Below, one piece after another: positions 36,484 to 46,375 of a DNA stretch of 64,000 nt. The notes under the pieces were generated by a model that was not told the origin of the DNA, made no database searches, and saw only the letters and a list, made by a program, of their open reading frames with translations. The position numbers were made by a program, and so were the translations under genes. This stretch comes from Lysobacterales bacterium (GTDB lineage Bacteria > Pseudomonadota > Gammaproteobacteria > Xanthomonadales > SZUA-5): positions 18,578-82,577 of the forward strand of contig JABAQR010000032.1 of NCBI GenBank assembly GCA_019187485.1. Reading direction: 5' to 3'. Position 1 is the first letter of the stretch. Each line of letters starts with the position of its first letter.

Positions 36484-37290
36484 ATGACCAAGTCCTGGAT
36501 GTCCCTCGCCCTGCGCCAGCCACCCGCGCCTGCCACCGGCAAACTGCTGGCCGCGACCTGTCTGGTGCTGGTCGGTTTCGGCTGGTTCGCGCTGACGCTC
36601 GGACCTGCCGAGGAACGCTTCGTCTCGCCGGCGATCCTGCCGAGCCCGGCGGAGGTGTTCACGGCGATCCCGAACCTGCTGTTCGAGCGCGATCTCGGCA
36701 AGGGCATCGCCGCTTCGTTGGGGCGCGTGCTCGCGGGCTTCGCGCTGGCGCTCGCGGTCGGCGCGCCGCTCGGCGTGCTCGCCGCCTCCTGGCGCATGCT
36801 CGACGCCTTCCTCAAGCCGATCGTGATCCCGATGAGCAATGTGCCGGTGGCGGCGCTGATCCCGCTGACCATACTCTGGTTCGGCATCGGCGAATCGCAA
36901 AAGGTCATGTTCATCTTCGTCGCGGCCTTGCCCTTCGTGTTCTCGACCGCGGCCGCCTCGATCCTGGCGGTGCCCGACCGCTACGTCGACACCGCGCGCA
37001 CGCTCGGCGCCAGCGATCGCCAGATCGTCCTGAAGGTGCTGGTGCCGACCGCGCTGCCGGAGATGTACCGTGGCCTGCGCGGCCTGTTCGGCCTGTGCTT
37101 CGGCTACATCATGCTGGCCGAACTGATCAACGCTCCGCATGGTCTCGGCGCGATGCTGAACATCAGTCAGCGCCGCGGCCTCACCGAACACATCTTCCTG
37201 ATCCTGGCGATCATCGGCCTGATTGCCTGGGCCATCGACCATGGGCTCGCCCGGCTGGAACGCTGGTTGTTTCCGCATCAGGCGAAGTGA
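36484..37290 (+). CDS. ABC transporter permease (NitT/TauT, SsuC/TauC-like family)
   Basis: Six-TM binding-protein-dependent permease with an EAA-like loop (VDTARTLGASDRQIVLKVLVPTALPE). Start placed at ATG 36484. No ATPase or binding-protein gene is adjacent. Confidence 0.8.
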   Translation: MTKSWMSLALRQPPAPATGKLLAATCLVLVGFGWFALTLGPAEERFVSPAILPSPAEVFTAIPNLLFERDLGKGIAASLGRVLAGFALALAVGAPLGVLAASWRMLDAFLKPIVIPMSNVPVAALIPLTILWFGIGESQKVMFIFVAALPFVFSTAAASILAVPDRYVDTARTLGASDRQIVLKVLVPTALPEMYRGLRGLFGLCFGYIMLAELINAPHGLGAMLNISQRRGLTEHIFLILAIIGLIAWAIDHGLARLERWLFPHQAK

Positions 37291-37394
37291 CCGGGCGCGT
37301 TTCGCGAACACCGCTCCATCGTCCGCCGCTTGAGCCGGCCTCGGGCGGCGAGCCGGCTGTGGGCAGCGCTGCACGCCTCGCTCTCGATGGGAAC

Positions 37395-37424
37395 GAGAAC
37401 TGAGGTCCGGCGGGCTCAGTTCTC
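37395..37424. terminator. palindrome between convergent permease and GNAT genes
   Basis: gagaactgag-(10 nt)-ctcagttctc forms a perfect 10-bp stem. The GNAT stop codon (tca 37416-37418) lies in the right arm. Confidence 0.5.
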
Positions 37425-37958
37425 GCCCTGGATCTTGCCGCCCCCGACCCGCGCCATCGCATAGGCGTCCGCATAGGCGCCGTCGCGAAACGCGTAGGCG
37501 CGCATACGGCCTTCCTCGACGAAACCGTGTTTGCGGTAGAGGGCCAGCGCGGCGACGTTGTCGACGTAGACCTCCAACTCCAGCCTGGTCATCTGCATCC
37601 AGCATTCGGCGCGCACGATCAGCGCGCGCAGCAGGGCATCGCCGATCCCGCGACGCTGGTACGCAGGATCGACGGCGATGCCGATGGCGCCGACATGGCG
37701 GCGGCGCGCGTATGGCTGCGGCCGGCCGAGGTAGCCGTGGGCGACGATCCGCCCACCGATCTGCCCCAGCAGGTTCAGGGTGTCCGGGTCGCCCGCCGCC
37801 AGCCGCTCGCGCCAGTAGGACTCGCGCGGGAAAGGCAGTTGCAGCAGCGCACCGTAAATCTGCGGCGTCTCGTACAGGCGCGCCACCGCGAATGCGTCTT
37901 CGGGTTCGGCGGCGCGCAGGATCAGACGCGGTGGGCGAGGGCGGGGCATGCGACCCAT
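37416..37958 (-). CDS. GNAT family N-acetyltransferase
   Basis: Acetyl-CoA motif A (IAVDPAYQRRGIGDALLRAL) and motif B (NVAALALYRKHGF). 180 aa from ATG 37958. Confidence 0.85.
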   Translation of the reverse strand: MGRMPRPRPPRLILRAAEPEDAFAVARLYETPQIYGALLQLPFPRESYWRERLAAGDPDTLNLLGQIGGRIVAHGYLGRPQPYARRRHVGAIGIAVDPAYQRRGIGDALLRALIVRAECWMQMTRLELEVYVDNVAALALYRKHGFVEEGRMRAYAFRDGAYADAYAMARVGGGKIQGEN

Positions 37959-37963
37959 TGTAG

Positions 37964-38290
37964 GTGCAGCGCGGACGATGCGGGAGCGCTGCGTGGTCCA
38001 GCGACCGGATGCGCGGCCGCTCACGTGATCTGGCGAATGCATTCCGCGGTGCGCGCGCCGGCGCGAGACGGCTGCTGCGCCTGGTCGGTGATCTGCTCGA
38101 TCTGGGCCGGCTCGCTTGCGGGCGCCTGACACTGCGCGTGGGCGAGCACGACCTCGTCGCGCAGCTGCGGCAGGAACTGGAAGCGGCCTCGCAGCAGGCG
38201 CGCGTGCGCGAGATCGGACTGCACGCGAACCGCTGGCGCGGGCGGGGACAGCCGCTGCCGACCGTGGTGTCTGGGCACGATCAGGCATAA
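37964..38290 (+). pseudogene. possible remnant of a sensor histidine kinase (post-H-box segment only)
   Basis: The ORF translation contains LLRLVGDLLDLGRLACGRLTLRVGEHDLVAQLRQELEAASQQARVREIGL. This is the pattern normally found just after the phospho-acceptor His box. No sensor domain, His box or ATPase domain is present. Confidence 0.25.
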
Positions 38291-38335
38291 CCTTCGGGTC
38301 AGCCCGGCGGGTTGCCGGGAAACCCGGGGGAGACC

Positions 38336-38701
38336 ATGTCGCGTTCATCCATCGTCGGCGTCCTCGCGGCGCTGCTGTGTCTGGCCGGTACCGCCGCGCA
38401 GGCCGGCACGCTCAGCTTCAAGTTCCGCAGCAACCACGAATACTCGGTGGGCCTGGAGTTCACCTCGCAGGACCGCAACCACCAGTGGCCGGGCGACGGC
38501 AAGGCGTACAAGATCGCCGACTACGAAGTGCACAGCTACAAGTTGCAGTGTCAGACCGGCGAGACCATCTGCTATGGCGCCTGGCTGGAGGGCGACTCCA
38601 CCCAGTACTGGGGCGTGGGCATGGACAACGAGAACCACTGCTCCGACTGCTGTTACGTATGCGACGGCTCGCAGGTGCAACTGATCAACCTCAACGAGTG
38701 A
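38336..38701 (+). CDS. small secreted Cys-rich protein, unknown function
   Basis: Signal peptide MSRSSIVGVLAALLCLAGTAAQA. The roughly 98-aa mature part has 6 Cys (LQCQTGETICYG, NHCSDCCYVCDG). Strong GC3 bias argues for real coding. I recognise no family. Confidence 0.7.
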   Translation: MSRSSIVGVLAALLCLAGTAAQAGTLSFKFRSNHEYSVGLEFTSQDRNHQWPGDGKAYKIADYEVHSYKLQCQTGETICYGAWLEGDSTQYWGVGMDNENHCSDCCYVCDGSQVQLINLNE

Positions 38702-39021
38702 ATCGCTCACCGCGGTTTCCGATCCGCACCGGATGAAACCTGGCCCTTCTGTCCGGGACACGAGTGGGCTGAACGTTGCCGGGCGGAGCGGGCTCTCGCG
38801 CCGCATGCGGTGCGCCGCCGGACGCCAGCGCGGGGATGCGCCGGCCGGAGGCGAGGAGCAGGAAGCGCAGCCGCATGAGCGAGAACATGGCGCCTGCGGT
38901 CCATCGGCGCGAAAGGTGAGCGGATTCCCGCGTTGCAACAACGAAGCCGGATCATTTCCTTGCGACTTCATGAAACATCCGGGCTAGCCTTCCCGCATCA
39001 CCATGCAGGAGAACACGCACC

Positions 39022-39483
39022 ATGCTCAAGGTTGGCGACCACGCCCCCGACTTCGCGCTCGAATCCGACAACGCCGGCACGATCAGCTCGAAACAACTGG
39101 TCGGCCAGCGCTATGTCCTCTACTTCTACCCGAAGGACGACACCAGCGGCTGCACCCGGGAAGCCTGTTCCTTCCGCGACCGTTTGCCGGACTTCGAACG
39201 ACTCGGTGTGCCGGTCTTCGGGGTGAGCCCGGACAGCGCGCAGGCGCATGCGAAGTTCCGGACGAAGTACCAACTGAACTTCCCGCTGCTGGTGGACCCG
39301 GACAAGGCGCTGATGCAGGCCTACGGCGTGTGGGCCGAAAAGAGCATGTACGGGCGCAAGTACATGGGCGTGCTGCGCGCGACCTTCGTGGTCGGGGCGG
39401 ACGGCCGCATCGAGCACGCCTGGCCGAAGGTGAAAACCGAAGGCCACGGCGAGGAAGTGCTGAAGGCGCTGGAATCCGGTTAG
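39022..39483 (+). CDS. bcp: thioredoxin-dependent thiol peroxidase (peroxiredoxin Bcp)
   Basis: YFYPKDDTSGCTREACSFRD active-site motif. 153 aa. Confidence 0.9.
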   Translation: MLKVGDHAPDFALESDNAGTISSKQLVGQRYVLYFYPKDDTSGCTREACSFRDRLPDFERLGVPVFGVSPDSAQAHAKFRTKYQLNFPLLVDPDKALMQAYGVWAEKSMYGRKYMGVLRATFVVGADGRIEHAWPKVKTEGHGEEVLKALESG

Positions 39484-39538
39484 CGGCGACGCTCTGGCGG
39501 ACGGTTATCCTGCCCGTCCCGTTCCCCGCGCCGGCTGC

Positions 39539-39985
39539 ATGCCTTTCGTCCCGCCTTCCTCGCCCTGGCAGCGTCTGCGCGCGCTGCCGCCGCCCGAGCG
39601 TGCGCTGGCTTGGCGGCTGGCACTGGCACTGCCGCTGATCGACCTCTCGCTGCGCCTGTTCGGCTTCCAGCGGACCTGGCGCTGGTTGGCGCGCTGCCTG
39701 CCGCGGGCCTCGCGACCGGGCTCGGCGAACGCACCGAGCGCGTTGCGGACCGCGGCGCTTGCGCGCGCGGTCGGTGCGCGCAGCCCCTGGCGCACCACCT
39801 GCCTGCGACAGTCCTTGGCGGTCTGGTGGCTGCTGCGCGAACGCGGTCAGCGCGCGATCCTCAAGATCGGGGTGGTTCGCCGCGAGCAGCCGCTGCAGGC
39901 GCACGCCTGGGTGGAGCTCGATGGCGTGGCGCTCGATCCGGAAGTGCCGCCGGATGCGGTGTTCCCGCCGCTGCCGGAACCCTGA
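39539..39985 (+). CDS. lasso peptide biosynthesis B2-like protein (transglutaminase-core 3 / McjB C-terminal-like cysteine protease fold)
   Basis: [46 protein letters not shown] carries the Cys...His...Asp arrangement and spacing typical of this family. The N-terminal hydrophobic [17 protein letters not shown] segment is also typical. Confidence 0.65.
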   Translation: MPFVPPSSPWQRLRALPPPERALAWRLALALPLIDLSLRLFGFQRTWRWLARCLPRASRPGSANAPSALRTAALARAVGARSPWRTTCLRQSLAVWWLLRERGQRAILKIGVVRREQPLQAHAWVELDGVALDPEVPPDAVFPPLPEP

Positions 39986-40062
39986 GCGCATGTCTTGACC
40001 CAGGTCGCGACGCTCACCGACGCCGGGTCTATCATCGGCCGCCTTTTCGAGGAGGAGTCCCC

Positions 40063-41364
40063 ATGAGCACCGGAGCGCCCGTAGTTCCCGCCGAAGGCCA
40101 GAAGATCACGATCGACGACGCCGGCCGCCTGAACGTGCCGGACCAGCCGATCATTCCCTTCATCGAGGGCGACGGCACCGGTCCGGATATCTGGCGCGCC
40201 AGCGTGCGCGTGTTCGACGCGGCGGTCGCGAAGTGCTACGGCGGCAAGCGCAGAATCCACTGGATGGAGGTCTACGCCGGCCAGAAGTCGAACGACGAGT
40301 TCGGCACCTGGTTGCCCGAAGCCACCGTGCAGGCCTGTCGCGACTACCTGGTGTCGATCAAGGGCCCGCTGACCACGCCGATCGGCGGCGGCATCCGCTC
40401 GCTGAACGTCGCGCTGCGGCAGATGCTCGACCTCTACGTCTGCCTGCGTCCGGTGCGCTGGTTCAAGGGCGTGCCGAGCCCGGTCAAGAGCCCGGACAAG
40501 GTCGACATGGTGATCTTCCGCGAGAACTGCGAGGACATCTACGCCGGCATCGAGTTCGAAAGCGGCACCGAGGCGAACCGCAAGTTCCTCGCGTTGCTGA
40601 AGGAGCACTTCCCGAAGGAGTACGGCAAGATCCGTTTCCCGGACAGCTCCGGCATCGGCATCAAGCCGGTCTCGAAGGATGGTTCGGAACGGCTGATCCG
40701 CAGCGCGCTCGAGTACTGCGTCGCCAACCGGCGCAAGTCGCTGACGCTGGTGCACAAGGGCAACATCATGAAGTTCACCGAGGGCGCCTTCCGCAACTGG
40801 GGCTACGCGCTGGCCGAGCGCGAGTTCGCCGACAAGGTCTACACCTGGGACCAGTGGGAGCGCACCAAGGCCCGACAGGGCGAGGCGGCAGCGAATGCCG
40901 AGCAGAAGGCGGCGATCGCCGCCGGCCGCATCCTCGTCAAGGACGCGATCGCCGACATCACGCTGCAACAGGTATTGACGCGTCCGGACGAGTTCGACGT
41001 GATCGCGACGCTGAATCTCAACGGCGACTACCTCTCCGACGCGCTCGCCGCCCAGGTCGGCGGCATCGGCATCGCCCCCGGCGGCAACATCAACTATGTC
41101 ACCGGCCACGCGGTCTTCGAGGCCACCCACGGCACCGCGCCGAAGTACGCCAACCTCGACAAGGTCAACCCCGGATCGGTGGTTCTGTCCGGAGAGATGA
41201 TGCTGCGCTACATGGGCTGGACCGAGGCGGCCGACGCGATCATCCACGCGATGGATGTGGCGATCGGCAACAAGCAAGTCACCTACGACTTCGCGCGTCT
41301 GATGGAAGGCGCCACCGAGGTCAAGTGCTCGGAGTTCGCGGACCGGCTGATCGCGGCGCTGTGA
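40063..41364 (+). CDS. icd: NADP-dependent isocitrate dehydrogenase
   Basis: [59 protein letters not shown]. 433 aa from ATG 40063 with GAGGAGG upstream. Confidence 0.95.
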   Translation: MSTGAPVVPAEGQKITIDDAGRLNVPDQPIIPFIEGDGTGPDIWRASVRVFDAAVAKCYGGKRRIHWMEVYAGQKSNDEFGTWLPEATVQACRDYLVSIKGPLTTPIGGGIRSLNVALRQMLDLYVCLRPVRWFKGVPSPVKSPDKVDMVIFRENCEDIYAGIEFESGTEANRKFLALLKEHFPKEYGKIRFPDSSGIGIKPVSKDGSERLIRSALEYCVANRRKSLTLVHKGNIMKFTEGAFRNWGYALAEREFADKVYTWDQWERTKARQGEAAANAEQKAAIAAGRILVKDAIADITLQQVLTRPDEFDVIATLNLNGDYLSDALAAQVGGIGIAPGGNINYVTGHAVFEATHGTAPKYANLDKVNPGSVVLSGEMMLRYMGWTEAADAIIHAMDVAIGNKQVTYDFARLMEGATEVKCSEFADRLIAAL

Positions 41365-41490
41365 GGACGCGGGTTGTCGGGCGACGGCGTGGAGTGTCGC
41401 CCTCCGGGGTCCGCAACCACCGGCTGCTGGAAGGCCGCTCCCCCGGCGGCCGCTGTTGCTATTGACGACCGACAACCAGGCCCTTCCCTC

Positions 41491-42441
41491 ATGAAGTCCC
41501 TCAAGATCATCGTCCTCGGCGGCACCGGCTTCGTCGGCCGCGCGCTCGTGCACGCCCTGCACGCGGCCGGGCATGCGGTCGACGTGCTCTCGCGCAACCG
41601 CGAGATCCAGCGCGAGCTGGGCGTGTATCCGCGCGTGCGCACACTGTCGGCCGAGGTCTACTCGGTGGATGCCCTGGCGCGTCTTTTCGACGGCGCCGAC
41701 GTCGTCGTCAACCTCGTCGGCGTGCTCCAGAACAACGGTTTGGGCGGTGGCGACTTCCAGCGCGCGCACGTGGACCTGACCGAGGCCGTGATCGTGGCCA
41801 TGAAGAAGGCCGGCCTGCGGCGGCTGCTGCAGATGTCTGCACTGCGCGCCGGCGAGGGCCACAGCCACTACCTGCGTTCGCGCGGCGAGGCCGAGGCGAA
41901 GATCAAGGCCTCCGGCCTCGCGTGGACGATCTTCCAGCCGTCGGTCATCTTCGGGCCGGGCGACGGTCTGTTCTGCCGCTTCGCGCCGCTGCTGAAGATC
42001 GCGCCGCTACTGCCGCTGGCGCGAGCCCATGCGAAGTTCCAGCCGGTCTACGTGCGCGACGTCGCTGCCGCCTTCCTGCGCGCGCTGGCGCGGCCGGACA
42101 GCGTCGGACAGGTCTACCCGCTGGTCGGCGAGAAGACCATGACGCTCGCAGAGCTGGTGCGCTACACCGCGCAGTGTCTGGGCATCCGTCGCCTGGTGCT
42201 GCCGGTGCCGGCATTCGTCGGCGCGCTGCAGGGCTTGCTGTTCGATCCTTTGCCGGCCGGGCTGAAGCTCTATTCCAGTGACAACCACCGCTCGCTGGCG
42301 CTCGACAGCACCTCCACCCGCAGTGGCCTTGCCGAACTCGGCATCCGGCCAACGCCACTGGATCTGGTGGTGCCTGAGTATCTGGGACGCAGCGAGCACC
42401 AGCGGGATCTGGACCGGTACCGGTATCGCGCCAGGCGCTGA
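41491..42441 (+). CDS. NAD(P)H-binding, complex I NDUFA9-like / NmrA-like epimerase family protein
   Basis: Rossmann motif IIVLGGTGFVGRALV. 316 aa from ATG 41491. Confidence 0.8.
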   Translation: MKSLKIIVLGGTGFVGRALVHALHAAGHAVDVLSRNREIQRELGVYPRVRTLSAEVYSVDALARLFDGADVVVNLVGVLQNNGLGGGDFQRAHVDLTEAVIVAMKKAGLRRLLQMSALRAGEGHSHYLRSRGEAEAKIKASGLAWTIFQPSVIFGPGDGLFCRFAPLLKIAPLLPLARAHAKFQPVYVRDVAAAFLRALARPDSVGQVYPLVGEKTMTLAELVRYTAQCLGIRRLVLPVPAFVGALQGLLFDPLPAGLKLYSSDNHRSLALDSTSTRSGLAELGIRPTPLDLVVPEYLGRSEHQRDLDRYRYRARR

Positions 42442-42515
42442 GGCCCTTGCGCCTCGCGCGAAGGCCGCCGCACCCAAACCCGCGACGGAACGGCCGATGG
42501 GTCGGCGTTACGTCT

Positions 42516-43553
42516 TCAGCGACGCGCGCGCGTGAGCCAGCCGGCGAACACGCGCTGCTCGACTCCATCCAGCAGGTGCGCCGCCAGGCGCGGCGCGGCG
42601 CGGCCGTCTTCCGGCAGCGGGCGCGCGTCGAGGGTGTGGTCGAGGCCGTGGTGCACGGCGTCGGCCAGTTGTGGCAGCGCGCTGGCGACGCAGCCGCGCG
42701 GGGCCGGATCGGCGCCGATCCAGAACACCGGGCGCGCGAGCCAGCGCGCTTCCAGCGCCAGCAACGCATCGTCGGTCACCAGCACGCGCGCGCGCCGCAA
42801 CAGCGCCAATGTGCGCCAGTGCGGCAGCGTGCCGAGACGGCGCACGCGCGCCGGCGCCTCGCGTTCGCTCAGCGGCGGCGCCGCCACCCAGTCGATGCGC
42901 AGCCCGCCGCGCTCGCGCGCGAGCAGGCTGTCGATCAGGCGCTCACCGTCCGCGTCGGTCAGGCTGGAGGCCAGCACCAGGCGCGCGGCGCCTGGCTCGG
43001 CGGCCGCGCCGAGCGCCTCGCCCTGCTCGCGGCAGAGGTCGAAGAGCGGATCCCCGGTGACCAGCGCACGCCCACGCGGCAGGTCCAGCGCCGGCGCCTC
43101 GTGACCCAGGTAGAACCAGGTGCACAGGCCGGACAGCAGGCGCCAGCGCAGGCGCGGCGCACTGTCGGCGCTGGAGGCGATCAAGGCGCTGCCGATGCCG
43201 GCGCCGCGTGCGCCGAGCGCCGCCGCGAGACCGCTGCGCGAGGCGCCGCCGGCGACCACCAGGGCCGGGTTCAGGCGCAGCGCGAGGCGCAGCAAGGCCA
43301 ATGCCGCAGCGCCGGTGCCGCGCGCGCCGGGCAAGCGCAGATCCGGGGCGAGGCCGTGCTCGCGCAGCGCCTCACGCACCGCCGGACCGGATTCGCCGGT
43401 GTCGACCAGCAGCGCACCCTCGCCACGCCCGGGCGCACGCAAGGCGCGCAGCAGCGGCAGCAGGCGCAGGGCTTCCAGGCGGGTGCCGGCCACCAGCAGC
43501 ACCGGAGCGGGCCGTTCGGCGGCGAGGGCGCGGGGGAGGCGGAAGGTGCGCAT
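42516..43553 (-). CDS. UDP-N-acetylglucosamine 2-epimerase (WecB)-like protein with divergent catalytic motifs
   Basis: Colinear resemblance to WecB: VAGTRLEALRLLPL versus FGTRPEAIKMAPL, and VTGDPLFD versus ITGNTVID. However HGDTTT, HVEAG and GHRRE are replaced by AGGASR, LIASS and ASSLTD. Start placed at ATG 43553. Confidence 0.5.
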   Translation of the reverse strand: MRTFRLPRALAAERPAPVLLVAGTRLEALRLLPLLRALRAPGRGEGALLVDTGESGPAVREALREHGLAPDLRLPGARGTGAAALALLRLALRLNPALVVAGGASRSGLAAALGARGAGIGSALIASSADSAPRLRWRLLSGLCTWFYLGHEAPALDLPRGRALVTGDPLFDLCREQGEALGAAAEPGAARLVLASSLTDADGERLIDSLLARERGGLRIDWVAAPPLSEREAPARVRRLGTLPHWRTLALLRRARVLVTDDALLALEARWLARPVFWIGADPAPRGCVASALPQLADAVHHGLDHTLDARPLPEDGRAAPRLAAHLLDGVEQRVFAGWLTRARR

Positions 43554-43699
43554 CGGCAACTCGGGGCTGGACGGCGGGTTCGACCGCGCAGTCGGGCGCG
43601 AGTTCCGGCCGCGGTGGGGGTAGCGCTCCGCACCGGCGTACTGTGCTCCGAGGATGCTCGGGAGGACCCGGCTGCGGACGACACGGGCGCGACGCTGCT

Positions 43700-46066
43700 T
43701 CACCGTTTCGCCTTCATCGCCTCGCTGAGCAGGGAGCCGAGTGTACCCATCGGCGCTGGCTTCGGGGGCTCCCGCGTCGAGCTTTTCGGCGATGGCCGCT
43801 GCGGCGCGGGACCGCCGGGCGCGGACGCGCGCCGCTCGCCCGCGGCGGCCTTGCTCTCGCTGAGCTTGAGGCTGAGCCCGATGCGCCTGCGCGGCGCGTC
43901 GACCTCGAGCACGCGCACCTGGACGATCTGGCCGGCCTTGACCACTTCGCGCGGATCCTTGATGTACTTCTCCGACAGCTCGCTAACGTGCGCAAGGCCG
44001 TCCTGGTGCACACCGATGTCGATGAAGGCGCCGAAAGCCGCGACATTGGTGACCACGCCCTCCAGCACCATGCCGGGTTTCAAGTCGGCGAGCGTGTGCA
44101 CGCCCTCGGCGAACTGCGCGGTGCGGAACTCCGGGCGCGGGTCGCGGCCGGGCTTGTGCAGCTCGTGCAGGATGTCCTGCACGGTCGGCAGGCCGAAGCG
44201 CGCATCGACGAAAGACGCCGGATCGAGTCCACCCAGCAACGCGCCGTTGCCGATCAGACGGCCCACCGGCAGGCCGGTGTGCGCGGCGATGCGATCGACC
44301 ACCGGATAGGCCTCCGGATGCACCGCCGAGGCATCCAGCGGCTGCTCGCCACCCTGGATGCGCAGGAAGCCGGCCGCCTGCTCGAAGGTCTTGGGCCCCA
44401 GCCGCGGCACCTCCAGCAGGCGCCGGCGCGAGGCGAAGGCGCCGTGCTCGTTGCGGTGGCGCACGATCGCCTCGGCGGTGCCGGTGCCGAGGCCGGAGAC
44501 GCGTGCCAGCAGCGCGGCCGAGGCGGTGTTGAGATCGACCCCGACCGCGTTGACGCAGTCCTCGACGACGTGGTCGAGGCGATCGCCGAGCTTCACCTGG
44601 TTGACGTCGTGCTGGTACTGGCCGACCCCGATCGCCTTCGGCTCGATCTTGACCAGCTCCGCCAGCGGATCCTGCAGCCGACGCGCGATCGACACCGCGC
44701 CGCGCAGCGAGACGTCGAGCCCGGGAAACTCCTTCGCCGCCAATTCCGAGGCCGAATAGACCGAGGCGCCGGCCTCGCTGACGACGATCCGCATCAGTTT
44801 CAGCTCCGGATGCCGCTGCGCCACCTCGGCGACGAAGGCCTCGGTCTCGCGCGAACCGGTACCGTTGCCGATCGCGACCAGCCGCGCCTGGTGCTGGCCG
44901 GCAAGCCGCGCGAGCGTCGCCGCAGCGGCGTCGACCGCGTTCTTCGGCGGCAGCGGATAGATCGTGTCGGTGGCGAGCAGCTTGCCGGTGGCGTCGACCA
45001 CCGCCAGCTTGACCCCGGTGCGCAGGCCGGGATCGAGGCCGATCACCGCCTTCGGTCCGGCCGGCGGCGCCAGCAGCAGGTCCTTGAGGTTGTCGCCGAA
45101 GATGCGGATCGCCTCTTCCTCGGCGCGCTCGCGAATGCGTCCGTAGAGGTCCAGCGTCAGCCGCACCTGCAGCTTGTGACGCCAGGCCTGGCGGCAGCAC
45201 TCGAGCAGCCAGGCGTCGGCGGCGCGGTCCTGCGCGGCGATGCCGAAGCGCCGGGCGATGCGCCCCTCGGCATGGCGATGGCCCTGTTCGATCGCCGCGG
45301 CCTCGTCGGCGCCGCCGCGCGCGTCATGGCGACGCACCGGGACTGGCTCCAGGTCGAGGTCGAGGACGCCTTCGGCACGCGCCCGGAACAGCGCCAGCGT
45401 GCGGTGCGAGGGAATCGTCGTGAGACCGTCGACGAAGTCGAAGTAGTCGCGGAACTTCTCGCCCTCGCGTTCCTTGCCGGGCACCACGCGGGCGTGGATG
45501 CGGCCCTGTTCGTACAGCCACTCGCGCAGCTCGCCGACCAGCGCCGGATCCTCCGAGAAGCGCTCGGCGAGGATCGCGCGCGCACCCTCGAGCGCCGCAG
45601 CGGCATCGGCAACGCCGCGTGCGGCGTCGACGAAGGCCAGCGCCACGATCTCCGGGACTTTTGCCGGATCCGCGAGCAGGCCGTCGGCGAGCGGCTCCAG
45701 GCCGGCTTCGCGCGCGATCTGGGCCTTGGTGCGCCGGCGCGGCTTGTACGGCAGGTAGAGGTCCTCCAGGCGGGCCTTGGTCTGCGCCTGCTCGATCTCC
45801 GCGCGCAACTCCGGATCCAGCTTGCCCTGCTCCTCGATGCTGGCGAGCACCGTCGCGCGGCGCTCTTCCAGCTCGCGCAGGTAGTGCAGGCGCTCGGCCA
45901 GCGTGCGCAACTGGGTGTCGTCCAGGCCGCCGGTGACTTCCTTGCGGTAGCGCGCGATGAAGGGCACCGTCGCCCCCTCGTCCAGCAGTTGCACCGCCGC
46001 CGCCACCTGCGCGGGACGGGCGGAGATCTCGAGGGCGATGCGGGCTTCGATCGGGGGGAGCGCCAT
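43700..46066 (-). CDS. tex: Tex-like transcription accessory protein (YqgF/HHH/S1 domains)
   Basis: N-terminus [33 protein letters not shown], and a C-terminal S1 domain ([33 protein letters not shown]). 788 aa from ATG 46066. Confidence 0.9.
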   Translation of the reverse strand: MALPPIEARIALEISARPAQVAAAVQLLDEGATVPFIARYRKEVTGGLDDTQLRTLAERLHYLRELEERRATVLASIEEQGKLDPELRAEIEQAQTKARLEDLYLPYKPRRRTKAQIAREAGLEPLADGLLADPAKVPEIVALAFVDAARGVADAAAALEGARAILAERFSEDPALVGELREWLYEQGRIHARVVPGKEREGEKFRDYFDFVDGLTTIPSHRTLALFRARAEGVLDLDLEPVPVRRHDARGGADEAAAIEQGHRHAEGRIARRFGIAAQDRAADAWLLECCRQAWRHKLQVRLTLDLYGRIRERAEEEAIRIFGDNLKDLLLAPPAGPKAVIGLDPGLRTGVKLAVVDATGKLLATDTIYPLPPKNAVDAAAATLARLAGQHQARLVAIGNGTGSRETEAFVAEVAQRHPELKLMRIVVSEAGASVYSASELAAKEFPGLDVSLRGAVSIARRLQDPLAELVKIEPKAIGVGQYQHDVNQVKLGDRLDHVVEDCVNAVGVDLNTASAALLARVSGLGTGTAEAIVRHRNEHGAFASRRRLLEVPRLGPKTFEQAAGFLRIQGGEQPLDASAVHPEAYPVVDRIAAHTGLPVGRLIGNGALLGGLDPASFVDARFGLPTVQDILHELHKPGRDPRPEFRTAQFAEGVHTLADLKPGMVLEGVVTNVAAFGAFIDIGVHQDGLAHVSELSEKYIKDPREVVKAGQIVQVRVLEVDAPRRRIGLSLKLSESKAAAGERRASAPGGPAPQRPSPKSSTREPPKPAPMGTLGSLLSEAMKAKR

Positions 46067-46251
46067 GGCGTGCAGCGGAGTTCTGCTTGCGGGGCGGCCG
46101 AGCATAGCCGCGGCACGCCCGCGGGTGGCAGGCGCGGCCGCGAATCCCGAGTTCGCCGCCCGTTCCAGCCGATCAACTCGACGGTTTCAGCGTGTGCCGG
46201 GGGAGCGATTCCTCACAAGTTCGACAGTTCGCAGCGTAACGAGTTGATTTT

Positions 46252-46274
46252 GCTACCTCTCGGTAGCCATTTTT
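46252..46274 (+). terminator. AT-flanked hairpin at the left edge of the low-GC island
   Basis: gctacc-tctc-ggtagc followed by cattttt and preceded by gatttt. It sits in the composition-shift zone between tex and the restriction gene. Confidence 0.35.
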
Positions 46275-46375
46275 GACACAACAAGGGCTCAGGCCGGTTG
46301 CTCGATGCGCAGTTGTTCGAAGAGCTCGTGTTGCTCGGGGCCGCGGCGCGAAGCGCCGTCCGCTGCATGCTGTTG

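Noticed and set aside
39610-40062. N-terminal extensions given by the ORF track (for example icd as 584 aa, and likewise ubiB, trkA, trkH, xdhA, xdhB, uppP, MFS, aceE, holC, pyrE, yajQ)
   Set aside because: The extensions are Arg/Pro-rich and overlap neighbouring genes or repeat elements. Internal starts give family-typical lengths and often have a Shine-Dalgarno sequence.
38702-41364. A complete lasso-peptide biosynthetic cluster around the B2-like gene
   Set aside because: There is no asparagine-synthetase-like cyclase, PqqD-like B1, exporter or credible precursor ORF on either strand. The neighbours are bcp and icd.
43208-46276. 1022-aa plus-strand ORF
   Set aside because: It is antisense to tex and has an Arg/Gly/Ala-rich translation.
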